Shown piece by piece: positions 48,684 to 58,511 of a DNA stretch of 64,000 nucleotides; the stretch's first letter is position 1, and each line of letters opens with the position of its first letter. Below the pieces are notes generated by a model. The model made no database searches. It had not been told where the DNA came from and worked only from the letters and a program-made list of their open reading frames with translations. The stretch comes from Longimicrobiales bacterium (GTDB lineage: Bacteria; Gemmatimonadota; Gemmatimonadetes; Longimicrobiales; Gaopeijiaceae). The translations under genes and the position numbers were made by a program. The DNA lies in assembly GCA_965219445.1 (NCBI GenBank), contig CBDCNQ010000004.1:672001-736000 (forward strand). Reading direction: 5' to 3'.

Positions 48684-49594
48684 GCGGACGGGTCCTCAGT
48701 CAGACTCCCGATCACGTGGGCGAGCACGCCCCCCGCCTCTTCGAGCAAACGCCCCGCTTCCCCTACCCCGGTCCCGCGACGTTCCATGACGAGCGCGGTC
48801 TTCACGTGGCCCTCTGCAGCCTCGAGGAGCTCCGAGGCGCGGGCCCGATCGACGTCGAGGATCGTCATCAGGATGCGTTCGCCCCGATCTTGGAGCTTTT
48901 CACAGGTCGCCTGAAGATCCACCATGAGATTGCCGAAGACCTTCCCGGTCATGACCATCGCGCCGGTCGTGATCGTATTGAGCACCATCTTGGTGGCGCT
49001 CCCCGCCTTCATGCGGGTCGAGCCCGTCACGACCTCCGGACCGACCAGGGGGGCGATGACCACATCGTGAGTCTCCAAGAGTTCGGGTGCGGGTTTCGTG
49101 CAGAGGAGAAAGCCCGTGCGTGCACCGCGTTCGCGGGAGCGGGCCATGGCTCCATGAACGAACGGTGTCGTGCCCGAGGTGGCGATCCCAATCACGAAGT
49201 CCTTGGGACCGACGGCGAGCCCGTCGATCTCGGACGCGCCGTCCTCCGAACGATCTTCGGCGCCCTCCCGGGACCGGACCAGCGCTTCGCTTCCCCCAGC
49301 GATGATACCCTGCACCATTTCGGGTTCGGTTCCAAAAGTCGGTGGCATCTCCGCTGCATCGAGAACACCCAGGCGTCCTGAGGTCCCCGCACCCACATAG
49401 ATCAACCGTCCCCCGCTCCGGAAGGCCTCCACCACCAGCTCGATCGCCCGCGCGATGGCGAGCCGCTGGGATCCAACGGCCTCCGCCACGGTGCGGTCCT
49501 CGGAGTTGATGAGGTCGACCAACTCGAGCGGTGACAACACGTCCATCGCCGAGGAACGCGGATTTCTCTGCTCCGTCAGTCGGTCATCGAGCAT
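48680..49594 (-). CDS. murQ: N-acetylmuramic acid 6-phosphate etherase
   Basis: TEQRNP, GAGTSGRLGVLDAAE, GPEVVTGSTRMKAGSA, GNLMVD. Confidence 0.96.
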   Translation of the reverse strand: MLDDRLTEQRNPRSSAMDVLSPLELVDLINSEDRTVAEAVGSQRLAIARAIELVVEAFRSGGRLIYVGAGTSGRLGVLDAAEMPPTFGTEPEMVQGIIAGGSEALVRSREGAEDRSEDGASEIDGLAVGPKDFVIGIATSGTTPFVHGAMARSRERGARTGFLLCTKPAPELLETHDVVIAPLVGPEVVTGSTRMKAGSATKMVLNTITTGAMVMTGKVFGNLMVDLQATCEKLQDRGERILMTILDVDRARASELLEAAEGHVKTALVMERRGTGVGEAGRLLEEAGGVLAHVIGSLTEDPSA

Positions 49595-49723
49595 GCGGAC
49601 GATTCGTCCCTCAGTTTGGGGGATAAGGAACTCCCACCGGGTTGCGGCGATACTCTCGCTTGAACAAGCTAATCTTGGCTTCTTTTCGCCAGGAACCCAA
49701 GACTTTTACACGCCCGAGGCTCC

Positions 49724-50905
49724 GTGAATCTTCTCGAACATGCCCGATCGCTCGCCGCTGACCTCAGCGCGATACGTAGAGACCTTCATCAGCATCCGGA
49801 GCTTTCGTTCCAAGAAGTCCGAACGGCTGGGATAGCGGCGAAGGAGATGGAGGCGCTTGGCTTCTCCGTCCGTACGGGGATCGGTCGGACCGGGGTGATC
49901 GCCGACCTCGAAAATGGTGAGGGTCCCCTCATCGCGCTCCGTGCGGACATGGACGCCCTCCCCATAGAGGAGGCGAATACGCATGACTTCGTCTCCGAGA
50001 ACCCAGGTGTCATGCATGCCTGTGGGCACGATGGACACGTGGCGGGAATGATCGGAGCTGCCCGGATTCTGGCGAAGGAGCGAGATGCAAAGCGCCTCCC
50101 CTCCGGCACCATTCGCTTCATCTTCCAACCCTCCGAGGAGGCGACCGACGACGAGGGCAAGAGTGGGGCGATGCGAATGGTGGACGAGGGAGTGATGGAG
50201 GGTGTCGACGCCGTCGTTGGGCTGCATCTGGGGGGACCGCTCCCCAGTGGGAAGATCTTCTTCGCAGCGGGACCCATCATGGCTGGCGCCGCGGAGATCC
50301 ACATCGAAGTACATGGGGAAAGCAGCCACGCGGGAATGCCCGAGGCCGGTGTGGATGCGCTCGTGCTGGCGGCTCGGGGTGTGGTCGCGGCCCAAGACGC
50401 AGCGCCCAAGAACCGTTCCCCGGTCGAAGACGGACTCATTTCGTTCGGGCGAATTACGGGAGGCACCGCCACCAACGTCCTGGCAGACCATGTCGAGATC
50501 GAAGGGACCATGCGATTTTTCTCGGAGGAAACTCGGGAACGACTCCGACGCCGGTTGGACGAAGCGTTCGGAGTGCTGGAGGAATCGGGCGCCGGGGTCA
50601 GCATTGACATCGGAACCGGGATTCTTCCTGTGATCAATGACGACCGGGTGACCGAATGGGTACGAGCCGCGGCGGTTGATTTGGTGGGAGAAGACGACGT
50701 GCTACCGATCGAGCCCACGACGCTCGCAGAGGATTTCTCCTTCCTCGCGCACGAGGCACCAGGTACTTTTTTTTGGGTGGGGGCGGCACTACCCAGGCCG
50801 CGCATGCACCATGAAGCCGACTTCGATATCGACGAGTCGGCCCTTCCGGTAGGGGCCGCCACGCTGGCGGCGGGCGCCAGCCGTCTTCTCGACGAAATGG
50901 GGTGA
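49724..50905 (+). CDS. M20D family amidohydrolase
   Basis: RRDLHQHPELSFQE, LRADMDALPI, MHACGHDGH, FQPSEE, AEDF. Confidence 0.92.
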   Translation: MNLLEHARSLAADLSAIRRDLHQHPELSFQEVRTAGIAAKEMEALGFSVRTGIGRTGVIADLENGEGPLIALRADMDALPIEEANTHDFVSENPGVMHACGHDGHVAGMIGAARILAKERDAKRLPSGTIRFIFQPSEEATDDEGKSGAMRMVDEGVMEGVDAVVGLHLGGPLPSGKIFFAAGPIMAGAAEIHIEVHGESSHAGMPEAGVDALVLAARGVVAAQDAAPKNRSPVEDGLISFGRITGGTATNVLADHVEIEGTMRFFSEETRERLRRRLDEAFGVLEESGAGVSIDIGTGILPVINDDRVTEWVRAAAVDLVGEDDVLPIEPTTLAEDFSFLAHEAPGTFFWVGAALPRPRMHHEADFDIDESALPVGAATLAAGASRLLDEMG

Positions 50906-52668
50906 ACACGATGGCGCGTCTTGTGCTCCTGGGTCTTGCGCTGCTGGCAGGGGGCTGCACTGCGGCCGAACCAACCCCAGCCCCGCCCACCGAGGCAGTC
51001 CAGACCCGGCCTCCCGTCGTCTTTCCGGACACGTGGCGATTCCCGGCTGACGATGCCCCGGTGACCGCCGAAAACGCCGTGGCCGTGACCACGGATCGCT
51101 ACGCCAGCGAGGTCGGCGCGGCGATCATGGAGCGGGGTGGAAACGCCGTGGACGCGGCCGTGGCCGTTTCACTCGCGCTCGCCGTCGTGAACCCTGAAGC
51201 CGGCAACATCGGTGGCGGGGGATTCATGGTCGTGAGGATGGCGGACGGTACCACGGCGGCCCTCGACTACCGCGAGAAAGCACCTATGGCGGCCACACGG
51301 GACATGTTCCTGGACGGTGACGGGAACGTGACCGATAAGTCCATAGTCGGTCATCTGGCCTCGGGCGTACCGGGCTCTGTGATGGGTATGTCGGAGGCGC
51401 ACCGACGCTTCGGCACGCTTCCGTGGGCCGACCTCGTGGAGCCAGCCGTGTCACTGGCGGACGGCTTCGAGGTCCATGAGCGTTTCCGCGAAAATATTTT
51501 GAACTCCCAGCGGGGCCTCCGGCGCTTCGAAGCGACCGCCGCCACCTATCTCCCGGAGGGCCGGATCGTGGAGCTGGGCGAGACGTTCCGTCAGCCCCAG
51601 CTGGCGGCCACCTTGCGGCGAATCCGGGAGCAAGGTGTGGAGGGCTTCTACGGGGGAGAAACCGCCGACCTGATCGTGGCGGAGATGGAGCGTGGTGGGG
51701 GGCTCATCACACACCAGGACCTCTCGTCGTACCGCGCCGTGTGGCGTGACCCGATCGAATTTACCTACCGGGGATACACGGTCCTTTCGATGCCACCCTC
51801 GTCGTCCGGGGGAGCAACGATGGCCGAAATGGCCAACATCCTGGAGCGACACGATCTGGGCGGCGTTCCTTGGCACTCAGGCGACATGGTCCATCTGCTC
51901 ACGGAGGCTTGGAAGAGGTCGTACGCCGATCGGAATGCTTACCTGGCCGATACCGACTTCGTGGACATTCCGCTCGAACGCATGACGTCGAAGGCGTACG
52001 CGGCGGACCGCGGAGCCGACATCTCTGAGATCGCGACGCCCTCGACGGACGTCGGGCCCGGCCTGGCACCTCCCCGGGAGGGTGACAACACGACGCACGT
52101 CTCCTTGGTTGACGCTGAAGGGAACGCGGTCGCGTTGACGACGACGCTCAACTCCTTCTTCGGAAGTAAGGTGATGGTGACCGGAGCGGGTTTCGTTCTC
52201 AATAACGAGATGGACGACTTTACGGCCAAGCCGGGGGTACCGAACCAGTACGGGCTGGTCCAGGGGGCCAACAACGCAGTGGCTCCAGGCAAACGGATGC
52301 TCTCTGCGATGACCCCGACGGTGGTGCTCCGTCCCGACGGTGAGTTGTTTTTCGTCGCGGGCTCACCGGGAGGGGCTACGATCATCACGACCGTCTTCCA
52401 GGCGATCGTGAACGTCGTGGACTACGGGATGAACGTCGTTCAGGCGGTGAACGCACCCCGTGTCCACCACCAGCATCTCCCCGACCAGATCCGTTACGAG
52501 CCAGGCGGGTTGCTCCCGGAGGTGGTGTCGGATTTGGAGGCCCGGGGACACACGACGTCGGAGCGCAGTGACATCTCCGGAGACGTAGAGGCCATCATGG
52601 TCATGCCGGACGGGACGCTCGAGGCGGCGGCCGATCCGCGCCGCGGAGGCGCGGCCGTGGGCTGGTGA
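50902..52668 (+). CDS. ggt: Gamma-glutamyltransferase (lipoprotein)
   Basis: LAGGC lipobox, GGNAVDAA, NTTHVS, LNNEMDDF, LSAMTP, GSPGG. Confidence 0.94.
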   Translation: MNTMARLVLLGLALLAGGCTAAEPTPAPPTEAVQTRPPVVFPDTWRFPADDAPVTAENAVAVTTDRYASEVGAAIMERGGNAVDAAVAVSLALAVVNPEAGNIGGGGFMVVRMADGTTAALDYREKAPMAATRDMFLDGDGNVTDKSIVGHLASGVPGSVMGMSEAHRRFGTLPWADLVEPAVSLADGFEVHERFRENILNSQRGLRRFEATAATYLPEGRIVELGETFRQPQLAATLRRIREQGVEGFYGGETADLIVAEMERGGGLITHQDLSSYRAVWRDPIEFTYRGYTVLSMPPSSSGGATMAEMANILERHDLGGVPWHSGDMVHLLTEAWKRSYADRNAYLADTDFVDIPLERMTSKAYAADRGADISEIATPSTDVGPGLAPPREGDNTTHVSLVDAEGNAVALTTTLNSFFGSKVMVTGAGFVLNNEMDDFTAKPGVPNQYGLVQGANNAVAPGKRMLSAMTPTVVLRPDGELFFVAGSPGGATIITTVFQAIVNVVDYGMNVVQAVNAPRVHHQHLPDQIRYEPGGLLPEVVSDLEARGHTTSERSDISGDVEAIMVMPDGTLEAAADPRRGGAAVGW

Positions 52669-52695
52669 CTCAGGACACTAAGATCGATCACCACG

Positions 52696-54537
52696 ATGAA
52701 TGAGATCCGCACCGTCCTCCCCTACTTCCGGCCGTACCGCACTGGCGTCATAGCGGGTCTGACGCTGGTCGTCGTCACCAATCTTTTCACGGTGGCAGGA
52801 CCGTACCTCATCAAGCTGTCCATCGACGGCCTGGGCGATCCGGATGTGACAATGGGCCGTATTTCGACCTACGCGCTCCTCATCGTGGCTGCCGCAGTTC
52901 TCGGAGGTGCCGCAAAGTACGGCATGCGGGAGCTTCTCAACGGTCTCAGCCGACGCATCGAGTGCGACCTCCGGAACGACTTTTTTTCACACCTCCTTCA
53001 GCTGGACGCGAGCTTCTACGGCGGAACGAGGACCGGGGATCTCATGGCCCGTGCCACGAACGACACGCAGGCGGTGCGGATGGCAACCGGGCCTGCCATC
53101 ATGTACTCGGTCAATACGCTCGTGAGCTTCCTGTTCGCTCTCGGATTCATGGTGTGGATCAGCCCGAGGCTCACGCTCTACGCCCTCATGCCAATCGTAT
53201 TCCTACCGCCGGTCGTGTTCGCGTTCGCGCGTGTGATCCACCAACGCTTCGAGAAGATTCAGGAGCAGTTCTCCACGCTCTCGACCATGGTGCAGGAAAA
53301 CCTGACAGGGATGCGCATCGTGCGGGCGTACGTCCAGGAGGAGAGTCAGTCACGGCACTTCGACGGCCTCAACCACCAGTACATGGACCGGAACATGGAC
53401 CTCGTGAAGGTGGCGGGCCTGTTCCACCCGATCCTGGCGCTCTTCTCGGGATCAGCGATGGTCGTCGTGCTTTGGCTCGGCGGTCTCGAAGTCGTTGCCG
53501 GACGCATCACGCTCGGCGACTTCGTCGCATTCGGGATCTACGTCGCGCTGCTCGTCTGGCCGCTCATCGCCCTGGGTTGGGTCGTCAACCTGTTCCAGAG
53601 AGGTGCGGCCAGCATGGGCCGCCTCAACAAGATCTTCGAGACCGAGCCAGCCATCCGCACCCCCGAGAACCCCGTGCGCCTCGCCGAACCGCGTGGCGGC
53701 GTCGAGTTCCGGGGAGTCTCGTTCCGCTATCCGGGCACGGAGAGGCTGGTGCTCGAGGACGTCTCTTTCACCGCCCATCCGGGTCAGACCGTGGCGGTCG
53801 TTGGTCCCACCGGCTCGGGCAAAACCACGCTCGTGGCGTTGATTCCCAGAATTTACGACGTGACGGGCGGCCACGTCCTGGTCGATGGTGTGGATGTGCG
53901 CGATCTGGACCCGGGGGACCTACGCTCGCTCATCGGCGTGGTGCCGCAGGATCCATTCCTCTTCTCGACGACCATCGAGGAGAACATCGGACTGGGACTC
54001 GACCTCGCCTCGGCATCGAGCGCAGAGGATTGGACCCAGGAGGAACGCCGGGCGCACAGCGTGCCGGAGGGCCCCATCGAAGACCCCGACGAAGCCGTCG
54101 TGGAGGCCGCCCGGGTCGCGCAGCTCGACGAGTCGATCCAGGGGTTCGCGAAGGGCTGGGAGACACTGCTCGGCGAGCGGGGAGTCAACCTTTCGGGGGG
54201 GCAGAAGCAACGCACCACGTTGGCCCGCGCCGTGGCGCGCGACCCAAGAATTCTCGTCCTGGACGATGCCCTGAGTGCTGTCGACACGCACACCGAGGCG
54301 CGCATTCTAGACGATCTGGCGCGCGTGATGGAAGGCCGGACTTTCTTCATCATCAGCCACCGCGTGTCAGCCGTGATGAACGCAGATCTCATTCTCGTTT
54401 TGGACGGTGGCCGGATCGTGGAACGGGGCCGGCACGCCGACCTCATCACACTGGGGGGGACCTACGCCCAGCTGTTGCACCGGCAAATGCTCGAGCAGGA
54501 TATCGAGTCCACACCTGTGGGTGCGGCTGGGGACTGA
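52696..54537 (+). CDS. ABC exporter, fused permease/ATPase (MdlA-like)
   Basis: TM domain, GPTGSGKT, LSGGQKQR, LVLDDALSAVD. Confidence 0.92.
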   Translation: MNEIRTVLPYFRPYRTGVIAGLTLVVVTNLFTVAGPYLIKLSIDGLGDPDVTMGRISTYALLIVAAAVLGGAAKYGMRELLNGLSRRIECDLRNDFFSHLLQLDASFYGGTRTGDLMARATNDTQAVRMATGPAIMYSVNTLVSFLFALGFMVWISPRLTLYALMPIVFLPPVVFAFARVIHQRFEKIQEQFSTLSTMVQENLTGMRIVRAYVQEESQSRHFDGLNHQYMDRNMDLVKVAGLFHPILALFSGSAMVVVLWLGGLEVVAGRITLGDFVAFGIYVALLVWPLIALGWVVNLFQRGAASMGRLNKIFETEPAIRTPENPVRLAEPRGGVEFRGVSFRYPGTERLVLEDVSFTAHPGQTVAVVGPTGSGKTTLVALIPRIYDVTGGHVLVDGVDVRDLDPGDLRSLIGVVPQDPFLFSTTIEENIGLGLDLASASSAEDWTQEERRAHSVPEGPIEDPDEAVVEAARVAQLDESIQGFAKGWETLLGERGVNLSGGQKQRTTLARAVARDPRILVLDDALSAVDTHTEARILDDLARVMEGRTFFIISHRVSAVMNADLILVLDGGRIVERGRHADLITLGGTYAQLLHRQMLEQDIESTPVGAAGD

Positions 54538-54650
54538 GACACAGCGGGGACGCGGGGGCAGCAGGCGAAGAAGACACGGCAGGAACTGGAGAGTCGTCGT
54601 GGGCGTTCCTCGGTTGAGAGTCTTGTCCCGAAGCATGCTGGAGCACCCTC

Positions 54651-54980
54651 TTGAGTACCATCCGACTTACGCATGCCCCGAGCGGTACGATCCTGGCTGA
54701 GGGCCCGAAGGGCTTGGGTGGTGTCACGCCGTTCGAGGGCAACTTCTACGTTCGGCGGAAGTACCTCCTCACCGACGCCCTTAAGGCGAACGGCGTGCCC
54801 GGGCTGTGCCCCTACAAGTTCCTGTACGTGTGGCTGGATCTGAAACTCGAGGGTTGGGAGCCCTCGAAGTTCATAGGCTGGCTCTACTGGCTACCGAACC
54901 CGCTCCTGCCGTTCATCTGGTGGAGGGTGGCGCTTCCGGGGAATCACCCCGAGGTACACGTGGAAGTGTTGGAGGACTGA
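54651..54980 (+). CDS. Hypothetical protein (possibly DUF427-like)
   Basis: GGAG upstream of TTG; FEGNFYV and CPYK motifs. Confidence 0.5.
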   Translation: MSTIRLTHAPSGTILAEGPKGLGGVTPFEGNFYVRRKYLLTDALKANGVPGLCPYKFLYVWLDLKLEGWEPSKFIGWLYWLPNPLLPFIWWRVALPGNHPEVHVEVLED

Positions 54981-55083
54981 GGGTCCGCCTTCATCCCCAG
55001 CCACCTGGCCCCAGCCCGGCGGCAGCCCTAATCTCTCCATCGGGGCCCAGGGTTCTTACCACGAAAGATGAACGGAGCCATCC

Positions 55084-55341
55084 ATGATCGATCCGTCGTC
55101 GGCCCGGATTCGGTTGGTGCTCGGAGTGCTATTTCTGGCCGCTCTCGCCCCACCGCTAGCCGGTTCGGCCCAGACTCCGCAGGGGGGCGACTCGGTCCTC
55201 GCCACTCCCCGCCAGAGCTACGACGCAAGTGCGTTTCGAGCGTTCTCATTTCTCAGGCAGCAGACTCCACTGATCTCGGTGACGGTGGCGAAGTCCGACG
55301 AGACCACCAGAACGCTCATTGGCCTGGGCTTCTCCTTCTGA
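55084..55341 (+). pseudogene. Internally deleted remnant of a kinase/Omp85 barrel gene (paralog of 58512-61085)
   Basis: Signal peptide + GDSVLATPRQSYDASAF joined directly to a barrel C-terminus ISVTVAKSDETTRTLIGLGFSF*. Confidence 0.7.
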
Positions 55342-55409
55342 CCGTGGCAGAACGCACGACGCCGGGCGGGATCACGACGAAGGAGGATCCGAGCGAAGTC
55401 AGGCTCGGC

Positions 55410-57527
55410 GTGTCCGCCGTGGAGGAGCGCTACGTCAACCGGGAGCTGAGCTGGCTTTCGTTTAACGAACGGGTGCTCCAGGAGGCCGAGAGTTCTTCGG
55501 TGCCGCTTTTGGAGCGTATCAAGTTCCTCGCCATTTTCTCCTCCAACCTCGATGAGTTCTTCCGTGTACGGGTAGCGTCCCTGAGGAGCCTTCTCCGGCT
55601 CCGCCGGAAGAAGCGGAAGAAGAAGGGGTTGGATCCGACCAAACTGCTTCGTGAGATCCATGCCCTGGCCTTGGCCCAACAGGAGCGCTTCGGCCAAACA
55701 TTCCGTGATGACATCCTTACGGGACTGCAGGACGTGGGTATCCACCTGATCGGCGAGGGAGGGGCCGATGAAGAACATCGGGCAATCGTGGAAGAATACT
55801 TCGTCGAATACGTGGCTGAGTTCCTGGAGCCGGTGATCCTAGGGCGGGAAGACACACCACCCTTCCTCAAGGACCACACATCGTATCTGGTGGCGGAGCT
55901 GCAACCCGGCCCCGGGATCGAAACGCGCAACGCAACCTCTGAGCTGGGAATCGTCGAAGTCCCCAGCCCACCCTTGCCTCGGTTCTTGTCGGCCCCTGTG
56001 CCCGGCGAAGGCCGAAACATCGTATTCTTGGACGATATCATCCGCCTGAATCTTCACCGCGTGTTTCCAGAACGTGTGGTTTCGGGCGCGTACGCGATAA
56101 AGGTTTCGAGAGACGCGGACCTCTACCTGGATGACGAATTCGACACCGGCCTGCGCCAAGCAATCAAGAAGAGCCTGGGGAAGCGGGCCACGGGCACCCC
56201 CATCCGTTTTCTGTACGACATGCGTTCCCCGCACACCGTGGTCACCCGACTTTCGAGCTCCTTCGGACTCGGAGAGGGAGACCTGATCGAGGGAGGCCGC
56301 TACCACAACCTCAACGACCTCACCGGGCTCCCCGTGGGCGATCTTCCGGAGTTGGAGTATGCCCCGCTGGAGCCTCTTCCCCACCCCACACTGGAGGGTG
56401 GCCCATCGTGCCTGGATCTGATCCGGATCAAGGATCGTCTACTCCATTTTCCGTACCAGTCCTACGCGTATGTGGTGCGCCTTCTTCAGGAGGCTGCCGC
56501 GGACCCGGATGTGGAGGAGATCTGGATTTCGCTTTACAGGGTTTCCAGTGACTCCACGGTCGTACAGGCTCTGATCGAGGCAGTTGAAAAAGGCAAGGAA
56601 GTGACGGCTTTCGTCGAGTTTCAGGCCCGGTTCGACGAGGAACTAAATCTGGAATGGGCCGAGCGCATGGAGCTGGCCGGCATCCGCGTGATCCACGGGA
56701 CACGGGGCATCAAGGTCCATGCGAAGCTATGCCTGATCCGTCGCCAAGAGGGTGATGCAGGCCGCTTGTATGCGTTGCTCTCCACGGGCAACTTCAATGA
56801 AAAGACGGCTCGTGTTTACTCCGACCACGGACTCATGACGGCGGACCCACGACTCACGGTAGAGGTTCATCGCGTCTTTCGCCTCTTATTCGGAGAGGAG
56901 GTCGACGGCGGAAAGGAGGTCGAGCCCGAGTTCGAACATCTCTTGGTCGCCCCCCACCATCTTCGAGACGGCTTCAACGCCCTCATCGACGCCGAAATAG
57001 AGGCCGCGCAGCAGGGACGGCCATCGGGTATTACCGCCAAGATGAACAGCCTCCAAGACCGTGGCATCATTGACAAGCTGTACGACGCGAGCGCGGCCGG
57101 CGTGCCGGTTCGACTTGTGATTCGCGGGATCTGCTGCCTGCGTCCCGGGGTCGAGGGACTCAGTGACTCGATTGAGGTCACAAGCATCGTGGACCGGTTC
57201 TTGGAGCACTCTCGGATTTTCGTGTTCCACTCGGGCGGCGCCGAGAAGCTGTACCTCGCATCCGCCGATTGGATGACGCGAAACCTGAACCGACGGGTCG
57301 AAGTAGCATTCCCCATCTACGATCCCGACGTGCGCGAGGAACTTCTCCACGTTCTCGATCTACAGTGTGCCGATAACACCAAGGCACGGATCATCGATGA
57401 GCACCAACGGAATGCCTTCGTCCAGGAAACCGACGGAGCCACGGTACGCAGTCAGTTTGACACGCACCGATATTTGAGAGAACTCTTGGCAGATCATCCA
57501 GCGGTTGATTGGGTACTGAAGGAATGA
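55410..57527 (+). CDS. ppk1: Polyphosphate kinase 1
   Basis: NRELSWLSFNERVL, SSNLDEFFRVRV, LLHFPYQSY, ARFDEE, KVHAK, TGNFN, RFLEHSR, SADWMTRNL; start 55410 or 55344. Confidence 0.96.
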   Translation: MSAVEERYVNRELSWLSFNERVLQEAESSSVPLLERIKFLAIFSSNLDEFFRVRVASLRSLLRLRRKKRKKKGLDPTKLLREIHALALAQQERFGQTFRDDILTGLQDVGIHLIGEGGADEEHRAIVEEYFVEYVAEFLEPVILGREDTPPFLKDHTSYLVAELQPGPGIETRNATSELGIVEVPSPPLPRFLSAPVPGEGRNIVFLDDIIRLNLHRVFPERVVSGAYAIKVSRDADLYLDDEFDTGLRQAIKKSLGKRATGTPIRFLYDMRSPHTVVTRLSSSFGLGEGDLIEGGRYHNLNDLTGLPVGDLPELEYAPLEPLPHPTLEGGPSCLDLIRIKDRLLHFPYQSYAYVVRLLQEAAADPDVEEIWISLYRVSSDSTVVQALIEAVEKGKEVTAFVEFQARFDEELNLEWAERMELAGIRVIHGTRGIKVHAKLCLIRRQEGDAGRLYALLSTGNFNEKTARVYSDHGLMTADPRLTVEVHRVFRLLFGEEVDGGKEVEPEFEHLLVAPHHLRDGFNALIDAEIEAAQQGRPSGITAKMNSLQDRGIIDKLYDASAAGVPVRLVIRGICCLRPGVEGLSDSIEVTSIVDRFLEHSRIFVFHSGGAEKLYLASADWMTRNLNRRVEVAFPIYDPDVREELLHVLDLQCADNTKARIIDEHQRNAFVQETDGATVRSQFDTHRYLRELLADHPAVDWVLKE

Positions 57528-58312
57528 GAAACGACCAAGAGCGGGCAGGCGGCAGGGTGAAATCCGATCAAGTTGACGCAGACCCGGAAGGCGACGCAGG
57601 GGAGACCACCCCAGATGTGGCACCTGACACGGTTCAGGGAGCAGTAGCGACGGCGGCGTCAGACAATGCCGATGCCACGCGGGAGGATGCCGAGGTCGAC
57701 TCGAAGAAGAAGAAAAAAAAGGATTCAGGGCTCGGATCGTCGCGAGGCATCGAGACCATGTTCCGGACCAGCTATCGTGTCCACCAGGATTTGGTCAGCC
57801 TGGCCGACACGAAAGCCAACATCATGATCAGCGTGAACGGGCTGATTATCTCGATCATTCTGGCCGCGGTCTCGCCCCGGATCGGCGGGCTACCCCTTCT
57901 CGTCCTCCCTACGAGCATCCTCCTCATAGGCTGTGTGACCGCGCTCGTATACGCCGTTCTGGCGGCGAGGCCACGCGTGAGCAACACTCCTCTGACCCTG
58001 GAGGATATCGCGCGGAACGATGCCAACATCCTGTTCTTCGGAAATTTCGTGAATCTTTCCGAAGCAGAATTCGTGGAGGGGATGCGCGACCTCATGCTGA
58101 CGCAGGACCACCTTTACGTAAACATGGTGCGAGACCTCTACGGGCTCGGGCAGGTGCTCAAAACCAAGTTCCAGCTCCTGCGGGTCTCCTATACCGTCTT
58201 CATGTTCGCCCTGGTGTTGGGCGTGGGACTGTTCGTCGTGGTGTTCGCTCTCGACGCGACCATCGCCAGGGACTTGCTCGAGCCGCAGGGGGCGCTCCCG
58301 CTTCTCCCGTAG
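57524..58312 (+). CDS. Pycsar-effector-like (PycTM/DUF5706) membrane protein
   Basis: RGIETMFRTSYRVHQDLVSLADTKANIMISVNGLIIS, LAARPRV, NILFFGNF, DLYGLGQVLKTKFQLLRVSYTVFM; 3 TM helices; ATGA overlap with ppk1. Confidence 0.8.
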   Translation: MRNDQERAGGRVKSDQVDADPEGDAGETTPDVAPDTVQGAVATAASDNADATREDAEVDSKKKKKKDSGLGSSRGIETMFRTSYRVHQDLVSLADTKANIMISVNGLIISIILAAVSPRIGGLPLLVLPTSILLIGCVTALVYAVLAARPRVSNTPLTLEDIARNDANILFFGNFVNLSEAEFVEGMRDLMLTQDHLYVNMVRDLYGLGQVLKTKFQLLRVSYTVFMFALVLGVGLFVVVFALDATIARDLLEPQGALPLLP

Positions 58313-58511
58313 TCACGTCGGCGGATTAGGCGGCCAGCCCTTCTTGCGTGGGTTCCATGGCGCTCGCAGGTTAACCCTGATTCAGACATCGGCCGTTTGG
58401 GATGAGCAGCTTCCGGTGACCGCGACAAACAACTTGATGGTTGAATCGTGGCGGGCTTTGGGCGCACGTCGGCTGGAGGCCGACTGCTTCACCGTCGTGG
58501 TGGAGAGGCGT

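Noticed and set aside
52962..54617. 551-aa alternate-frame ORF over the ABC transporter (similarly 32356-33720 and 49789-50862)
   Set aside because: Arg/Gly/Pro- or Ser-rich off-frame or antisense translations fully overlapping well-supported genes
57700..57722. A8 run containing an in-frame A-AAA-AAG slippery heptamer in the PycTM-like gene
   Set aside because: Explained by poly-Lys coding; no properly spaced SD or clear stimulatory hairpin; the ORF is intact
57524..58312. Calling this locus a complete Pycsar anti-phage system
   Set aside because: No PycC cyclase is adjacent and there is no defence-island context
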